Shown piece by piece: positions 58,615 to 64,000 of a stretch of 64,000 nucleotides of DNA. The notes under the pieces are model-generated. The model saw only the letters and a program-made list of their open reading frames with translations, made no database searches and had not been told where the DNA came from. The DNA comes from an uncultured virus (IMG/VR IMGVR_UViG_3300028840_004242) (taxonomy: Duplodnaviria; Heunggongvirae; Uroviricota; Caudoviricetes), in IMG/VR virus record IMGVR_UViG_3300028840_004242, positions 1 to 64,000 of that record. The stretch is one strand, 5' to 3'. The translations under genes and the position numbers were made by a program. Every line of letters starts with the position of its first letter. Positions within the stretch are counted from its first letter, which is position 1.

Positions 58615-58988
58615 TAAAGTGACCAGTCACATCCATCCTTGTCAGCTAAGAAAGGGAAGATGTGCCAAATAACCCAGGTAGGTTCATGTTCGTTTAAGGC
58701 ATCACAGTAGTCTTTTTCAGGATACACGTATTCGTTTGGGACATCTCCGTCTGCTGCTGCTCCAGGAGAAGCACCTGCAGATGCAGAACCTCCAGAACCG
58801 CCAGAACCGCCAGAACCACCTGAACCTCCACCGTCGTCTCCACCTGAACCTCCACCGTCGTCTCCACCTGAACCTCCACCGTCGTCTCCACCTGAACCTC
58901 CACCGTCGCCGCCCCCACAACTCAAGGCGGGATTTACCACAAGGGCAAATACACAGACGATTGCTAAAATCCAAATTATTTTTCTCAT
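58602..58988 (-). CDS. Secreted/lipoprotein with GGDDGGGS repeats
   Basis: AAGGAG RBS; signal peptide ending ALS-C; Gly/Asp/Ser repeat. Confidence 0.6.
   Translation of the reverse strand: MRKIIWILAIVCVFALVVNPALSCGGGDGGGSGGDDGGGSGGDDGGGSGGDDGGGSGGSGGSGGSGGSASAGASPGAAADGDVPNEYVYPEKDYCDALNEHEPTWVIWHIFPFLADKDGCDWSLYWRK
58816..58908. repeat. 24-bp tandem repeat (CCACCTGAACCTCCACCGTCGTCT), about 3.9 copies, next to 9-bp CCAGAACCR repeats
   Basis: Direct inspection; no spacers between copies. Confidence 0.9.
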
Positions 58989-59013
58989 TTTAGTATCTCC
59001 TTAATCCCCCTGA

Positions 59014-59214
59014 TTAATAAGCATCAACGTATTCACACATTATAGACAATGCTTCATCATAACTGCCACTATGAAAAATTCTATCTACCATCTCCTTAGC
59101 CTCATCATTAAGGCCTTCCTTTCTAAGGGCTTTCTGGCAGATTCCCATAAGGTTGAATACATTACCATTTTCTCCAACGAGTTTTACTTTTGGTTTCTTT
59201 TTCTTTTCGTTCAT
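59014..59214 (-). CDS. Small hypothetical protein
   Basis: KLVGENGNVFNLMG...SGSYDEAL pattern, recalled from small phage/ICE proteins. Confidence 0.6.
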   Translation of the reverse strand: MNEKKKKPKVKLVGENGNVFNLMGICQKALRKEGLNDEAKEMVDRIFHSGSYDEALSIMCEYVDAY

Positions 59215-59798
59215 TCTATCATCCCCTGCATCATTGAAAGTTTGATTAAGTCCATTGCTTCCGCTCTTGCTTTTGCATCCTTTTTAAGAACTCCAGATAA
59301 AGAAGAGGTTATCATTCCTGCTCCTCCACTCTGCTTTACTCCTCTGCATCTCATACAGCTATGAATAGCTCGCATTACGAGTATAGTTCCTTTAGGTTCA
59401 ATTTGTTTGTCAAATTCTTTAATGCAGTTCATACATAGGAATTCTTGAAGATTAGGGCAAGCACTATAATGCTCTATAAGGCGTGAGGGTTTAGAGGCAC
59501 CTATAACAAATTTATCTGGAATATATCCCATCCAAGCGTATCCCTCAAAAGGTAAGAAATGATGACTACACCAACTTACGAAGTGTATTCTATCTAACAT
59601 TATTAGCTCTTGAATGTTTTCTTCGTTTGGAAACTTGGTGAGTTTTGGTTTACATTCCATTTTAGCATTCCTGAAAATATGACGATACATTTTTGCCATA
59701 CGTTCAGGGGTGCCAACAAGGTTGGGGTCATCTAACGACAACCCCAACCCTTGTTCGATGATCAGCTTGAAACAATCCTTGATAAGTCTTTCATTCAT
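59211..59798 (-). CDS. folE: GTP cyclohydrolase I
   Basis: TPERMAKMY; SWCSHHFLPF; LQE; HSCMRCRGV. Confidence 0.92.
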   Translation of the reverse strand: MNERLIKDCFKLIIEQGLGLSLDDPNLVGTPERMAKMYRHIFRNAKMECKPKLTKFPNEENIQELIMLDRIHFVSWCSHHFLPFEGYAWMGYIPDKFVIGASKPSRLIEHYSACPNLQEFLCMNCIKEFDKQIEPKGTILVMRAIHSCMRCRGVKQSGGAGMITSSLSGVLKKDAKARAEAMDLIKLSMMQGMIE

Positions 59799-59801
59799 GA
59801 A

Positions 59802-60311
59802 TTATTCCTTCGCTTCTCCTTTGGCAGGTGTAGCCTCCCCACCTTCTTCCTTTTCGATCCTCTTTTTGGCAATGCGAATGTAGATGTCGATTCGCTTTTT
59901 GATGAAATCAGCGTCTTTCTGATCCCGCTTGTGATACCTTTCAGTGAATGCCTTAGCGATTTCATTTTCAGATTTGCCAGCTTTGACCATGTCGTAGGCT
60001 AACTGCTCATTAGAAGGTCCTTCCCGTTTAGGTCCTTTCTTCTTGGCAGCTTCCATCGCGGCAATCTCTTCAGGGCTAGGATCTTTCCCTTCGACAATGC
60101 TGTTATAGAATTCCACGACGGAATCCGGCAGCTTCTTTTCTTCCTCACTGCCTTCTGGAATGCTATCTACGGCCTTGAGAAAACTGTCGACCATGACCTC
60201 TTTCTTAATGCCTACGGTCTTCAACTTCTCTTCCAGAACACCGGTTGCATTGAGAGCACCAATCTGCTCTCTCAGCTCTTTTGCGTTTACAAATTGCGGA
60301 CTTAATGCCAT
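59802..60311 (-). CDS. Hypothetical protein (charged, helical)
   Basis: AAGGAGGT RBS; two TATAAT hexamers in the upstream gap (about 60376-60392, - strand). Confidence 0.65.
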   Translation of the reverse strand: MALSPQFVNAKELREQIGALNATGVLEEKLKTVGIKKEVMVDSFLKAVDSIPEGSEEEKKLPDSVVEFYNSIVEGKDPSPEEIAAMEAAKKKGPKREGPSNEQLAYDMVKAGKSENEIAKAFTERYHKRDQKDADFIKKRIDIYIRIAKKRIEKEEGGEATPAKGEAKE

Positions 60312-60443
60312 AATGTGTTACCTCCTTGTGTGATATTTGAGCTCTCGCCCAGTTAGTTATTCAGCCTTTCAGCTAATTATAGCTACATTATAGAACGTTT
60401 CCATTGGTGTTTATAAACTTTTTGATGATATTTTTTAGGCAGT

Positions 60444-61100
60444 TTACCTAGGTTCTGGAAGTTTCACCAATTTGTGCAACTGAAGGCTGAGCTGTACGTC
60501 CCAAATATTGTCTTCCAGCATCCAATAGTATAGAGCAGCAGGTTCTAACCTATCCAGGACTGGAGAGAAAGCGCACCTTGCCTTGGAATTTCTCTGTTTC
60601 AGTCTCCTATAAGCTCTTTTTGCCTCTTGATAGTCACTCTCGTCTGATATCACAAATTTAACCACGTCATTTTGGGAAAACACGTTAGTATTAGCCCATT
60701 GAAAAACATCACCTACTCCTGCACCAGGCAGCTTATAGTCTACCACATAGCAATCCACGGTGCAGAGCTGCCGTGGGGGTAGAGCGTAGGCTCCATTTGT
60801 TTCTACCGTAACGTGGAATCCTTTAGTTCTAACCAGTGAGATAAACTGAAGCAATTCTTCCCCTTGCTCTAGTGGCTCACCCCCTGTGATCAACAAATAG
60901 GGACCTTTATACTTCTCCACTCTTTCTATTAACCTAAAAATGTCCATTTCCTTGCCTACTCTAGGATCTTGGGCATACTTTGTATCACAGTAGTTACAAC
61001 CTAAGCTACACCCAGCAGTTCGTACGAATGTTGCCCAACTACCCTGTCCACGGCAATTTGCCTCCCCGTGTATGCTGGAGAAAATGCTGTAAATCTTCAT
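60444..61100 (-). CDS. queE: 7-carboxy-7-deazaguanine synthase
   Basis: IFSSIHGE; FVRTAGCSLGCNYCDT; ITGGEPL; VETNG; LSLQLHK. Confidence 0.93.
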   Translation of the reverse strand: MKIYSIFSSIHGEANCRGQGSWATFVRTAGCSLGCNYCDTKYAQDPRVGKEMDIFRLIERVEKYKGPYLLITGGEPLEQGEELLQFISLVRTKGFHVTVETNGAYALPPRQLCTVDCYVVDYKLPGAGVGDVFQWANTNVFSQNDVVKFVISDESDYQEAKRAYRRLKQRNSKARCAFSPVLDRLEPAALYYWMLEDNIWDVQLSLQLHKLVKLPEPR

Positions 61101-61470
61101 GACGTACCTCCACGTAACTGGTTGGTGTTTCCCACAGCCTTACTTTTGAAATACCTCTATCCTCTTCCTCTTCAAAGTATTTATCTAGCTCATAAAATAT
61201 CTTAAAGGCTATGATTTCTGCTGTGGGATTCTCAAATATATCATTTAGGTAAGAATGATCAAGGTTGTTAAGAACAACCTCTTCTACTAAATCTTTTAGA
61301 TCTTTAAAGTCAATAACCATTCCTTCTATTGTGCTTCTTTCATTCGTAACTACAGGTCCATATGCTTCTACCTCCAACTTATAGGTATGACCATGTAGCT
61401 TATTACAGTCCCCACGATACTTAGGTAGTTGATGAGCTGCATCAAATGTAAATGTCTTTCCTACTATCAT
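61039..61470 (-). CDS. queD: 6-carboxy-5,6,7,8-tetrahydropterin synthase
   Basis: FDAAHQL; CNKLHGHTY; LDHSYLND; NPTAE; LWETPTSY. Confidence 0.93.
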   Translation of the reverse strand: MIVGKTFTFDAAHQLPKYRGDCNKLHGHTYKLEVEAYGPVVTNERSTIEGMVIDFKDLKDLVEEVVLNNLDHSYLNDIFENPTAEIIAFKIFYELDKYFEEEEDRGISKVRLWETPTSYVEVRHEDLQHFLQHTRGGKLPWTG

Positions 61471-61724
61471 TTAGTTACCTCCCTTTTACTTAGGTCTATA
61501 TGAATAATTCCTTCTCTAGTATAAACGTAAATGCTCGGATCTACAGGAACCCAACGTATAGTTAAATCATCTGTTACTTTGTAGTCTTCCACCTTACCGT
61601 GCATGTGTTTTCTAACATATTCCCATTTCCATTGATTTATTTTGTAGCTATAAACATATAAAAAGAACAGGAGTACTAATAAGATTGTAGTTATTGTTAG
61701 ATAAATCTTTGAACGGTCATCCAT
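61467..61724 (-). CDS. Small membrane-anchored protein
   Basis: N-terminal TM. Confidence 0.5.
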   Translation of the reverse strand: MDDRSKIYLTITTILLVLLFFLYVYSYKINQWKWEYVRKHMHGKVEDYKVTDDLTIRWVPVDPSIYVYTREGIIHIDLSKREVTK

Positions 61725-61725
61725 T

Positions 61726-63252
61726 TTAATCTCCTCTCACTTTATCAAGTGCGGCATCCAGGTAAGGTTGCCCGAGATCTAATTGTTGAAGAACCTTGAT
61801 AGTCATCGTTTCGTCAAATTGTTTGTGCCTATGTGCTATCACTCCAAAGCGCATTATATTTTTTCTCTTCTCGAAGTCTTTTTGATTAAGAACCGCCATT
61901 AAGTTTACGTGTGCTAACTTCCTGATATCTTCACCTGTGTTTTTTTGTCTAACATATGTCTTTTCCATTGAGTCTCTATTTGCCTGTGTAGCCGTGGCAA
62001 CTAAACAGCCCCGCTCCTGTGCTAGGCTCTTTGCTGTCATCCAGGTATCGTTTATAGCTTCACGACCAACCAGCTTAGGATTTTCTGGACCCAAAATGTC
62101 CATATAGTCTATCAGTATAACGTCAGGTATAAAATCCTCTGTATATTCCAGCAAGTCAAGATCCCTCTTTATATCTCCTATGTTGGCAGTCTTTATGGGA
62201 TAGCTTATAGTTCTAAGCAAATTGTTTCCATACATCATCATAAAAGATTTGGTAGCCTTTTTAACCTTAGCTACTGACATGGTGGGAACCTCTTGCTCTT
62301 CATACCAAGGTTCAGGATCAAAGAATCCCAATTTATTGTCAAGGCAGTAAGTACAAACTGTCCAATCTAAGTTAGGACTGTAAGGTGATAATTTGCCTTC
62401 ATCATTTATTAGTGAACCAGAACCCCTACGCTCTTTCATGTCACAGGTGCCCTGCTGGTTCTTAAGGCAGTCAAATATGGGAAAACGGTAGATGTTTTTT
62501 TCTTCGGTAGATAGGGCGGTAAGTCGTTGATAGGACCTTATAGACGTTTCCTCTTTTGACATCTCTAATGAAATGGAAGCTACCTTCAGCCTGTTATACA
62601 AGGCAGCGAATTTTATCTCTTCCAACCACCAAGTCTTTCCCCGCTTCATAGGACCCATAAGGGATATTAGCCAAGTTCTTTTAAGAGGACCTAATATCTG
62701 TCCTAGCCTACCTGGCATTTTAAACAAGTATTCTTCATCACGAATCATCACTTGTTCTATTTGTTGGATATCAAAAGGATTTATCCATTCTGATGTAGTT
62801 TTACTGACCTTCCTAAAGTTAGAAATTTCTATCTCAGCCTCCTCAACTTTACCAAGGTCAATTAAGTTCATCAGTTTGTCTTTGTGGTCTATTATGGATC
62901 TTTTCTTTAGATATTTTAAACAGCGCCTCTCTAAATATTCCTCATTGAAACTCTCCATTTCTTCATAATAACCACTCAGTCCTGCAATAAATTCTCCTAC
63001 CAGCTTCTGCTCTTCTTCCTCCAGTTCCTCCTTCTCTACTTCATAGATTTTCTGTATATTGTGTCCAGGTGCATCTTCAAATTCTTTGTAATAATCTCTC
63101 ACCCATTTGTACACCCTTTTACTGTACTTACTTTGTAGGTAATGGGACTGTATCATAGGAAGGAAGGTTTGACAGAACCTTTTACTGATAATCAGACCTA
63201 TCATTAAGTTCTTCTCATCAGCTGTGTCTATTTTGACTCGTCTGCGGATCAA
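61726..63252 (-). CDS. dnaB: DnaB-like replicative helicase
   Basis: GPMKRGKT Walker A; ISLEMS; ILIDYMD; TATQANR; GEDIRK. Confidence 0.88.
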   Translation of the reverse strand: MIRRRVKIDTADEKNLMIGLIISKRFCQTFLPMIQSHYLQSKYSKRVYKWVRDYYKEFEDAPGHNIQKIYEVEKEELEEEEQKLVGEFIAGLSGYYEEMESFNEEYLERRCLKYLKKRSIIDHKDKLMNLIDLGKVEEAEIEISNFRKVSKTTSEWINPFDIQQIEQVMIRDEEYLFKMPGRLGQILGPLKRTWLISLMGPMKRGKTWWLEEIKFAALYNRLKVASISLEMSKEETSIRSYQRLTALSTEEKNIYRFPIFDCLKNQQGTCDMKERRGSGSLINDEGKLSPYSPNLDWTVCTYCLDNKLGFFDPEPWYEEQEVPTMSVAKVKKATKSFMMMYGNNLLRTISYPIKTANIGDIKRDLDLLEYTEDFIPDVILIDYMDILGPENPKLVGREAINDTWMTAKSLAQERGCLVATATQANRDSMEKTYVRQKNTGEDIRKLAHVNLMAVLNQKDFEKRKNIMRFGVIAHRHKQFDETMTIKVLQQLDLGQPYLDAALDKVRGD

Positions 63253-63947
63253 AAATCCCTCCTGTCCTCAATAATACTATTAGAGTAGAGGAAAGCTGGT
63301 AACCTTTTGTCAAACATCGTATCGCTGCTGAACCACCCAGGCGTCAATTTATGGAGATCTCCATTCACGCTTTGCTCTAACGCTTCGGTTACCAGCTCTC
63401 CAAATTGTAGCAAGCTATAAATGCCTGCCCCTCTTAACTCCATCTTATCTTCGTGCTCTTTATAGAATTCTGCTGTTCGCTCTGCAGCGCGGACAAAATG
63501 GTTCATATCGTACTGGCTGAGGCCATTTTTAGGTTTTATACCTCCGAGCACTTTATCTAGATAGAAATTGGCGTAGTACTTAGTTAGATTGGGATATTTA
63601 TCTTCTGGATGCTCTTGTTGTTCTATTTTCTTAGGAGGTTCTAAATATTCCTCTAGGTAGGACCTGCTGGAATGTTTACTGTAGACATAATAAGCGAGAG
63701 GTATTTTAGTGAGCGATTTCTTGTATTTACTTTCAGGTGGATGGTAATGAGGATGAGTAGCTGCCAGGTGAAAGTTAGTTATAGACTTTATGATTTCTTC
63801 CTTATTAAATTTCCTTCCTTCAGCACAGGATAGGGAACCTCTCATAGCTCTTTTTACCTGTCTTATGTTTTCATTATAGGTCTTAGTTCCTGGTTGAGCA
63901 TTATGCAGTCCTAATGTGTTCCAAAAGTTAATAATTTCCTCTACCAC
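63249..63947 (-). CDS. Hypothetical protein upstream of helicase (may extend beyond window)
   Basis: Long ORF coupled to the dnaB start. Confidence 0.55.
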   Translation of the reverse strand: MVEEIINFWNTLGLHNAQPGTKTYNENIRQVKRAMRGSLSCAEGRKFNKEEIIKSITNFHLAATHPHYHPPESKYKKSLTKIPLAYYVYSKHSSRSYLEEYLEPPKKIEQQEHPEDKYPNLTKYYANFYLDKVLGGIKPKNGLSQYDMNHFVRAAERTAEFYKEHEDKMELRGAGIYSLLQFGELVTEALEQSVNGDLHKLTPGWFSSDTMFDKRLPAFLYSNSIIEDRRDF

Positions 63948-64000
63948 CTTAGGGCAAGAGATAGGTGTGATTTCTTTTCTCTGTCTTTTAGGTTTTATAG

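Noticed and set aside
58694..58993. Possible CRISPR array, or Arg/Trp-rich and His-rich peptides, at the 24-bp repeat
   Set aside because: The repeats are contiguous with no spacers and no cas genes. The other frames are shadows of the signal-peptide-bearing 58602..58988 ORF.
1..64000. Stop-codon reassignment, tRNA genes, introns or inteins
   Set aside because: Genes are full length in the standard code with TAA, TAG and TGA all used as stops. I recognised no tRNA cloverleaf or intein/intron signature by eye; a covariance-model scan would be needed to exclude them.

Overview
This window is a 64-kb section of a large tailed dsDNA phage genome, siphovirus-like, using the standard genetic code. 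A spanin-like lipoprotein suggests a diderm host. The + strand (1-38450) is the late module. It runs from the end of a head decoration gene through a lambda-gpE-type major capsid protein, head-tail joining proteins, tail tube, a tail assembly chaperone with a GGGAAAG -1 frameshift, tape measure and tail-tip proteins. It then continues with two very large Thr/Ser-repeat (mucin-like) proteins flanking an 11-gene cluster of 6 glycosyltransferases, 2 sulfotransferases and 3 methyltransferases, and ends with lysis-type small genes. The - strand (38491-63947) is the replication/recombination module: split SbcC with SbcD, RuvC-like resolvase, 5'-3' exonuclease, RecA, gp32-like SSB, UvsY-like protein, clamp loader, DnaQ-like exonuclease, UDG-fused PolA, sliding clamp and DnaB. 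It also holds a 7-deazaguanine DNA-modification cluster (folE, queD, queE, dpdL-like, dpdA-like, a glycosyltransferase and a B12-type radical SAM gene). The standout candidate system is phage-encoded mucin-type O-glycosylation of the virion. Capsid, head-closure and tail-tube proteins share a C-terminal poly-Thr tag, two putative appendage proteins carry long T/S stalks, and one glycosyltransferase has the motif layout of eukaryotic polypeptide GalNAc-transferases. All functional calls come from reading motifs by eye; no database searches were run.
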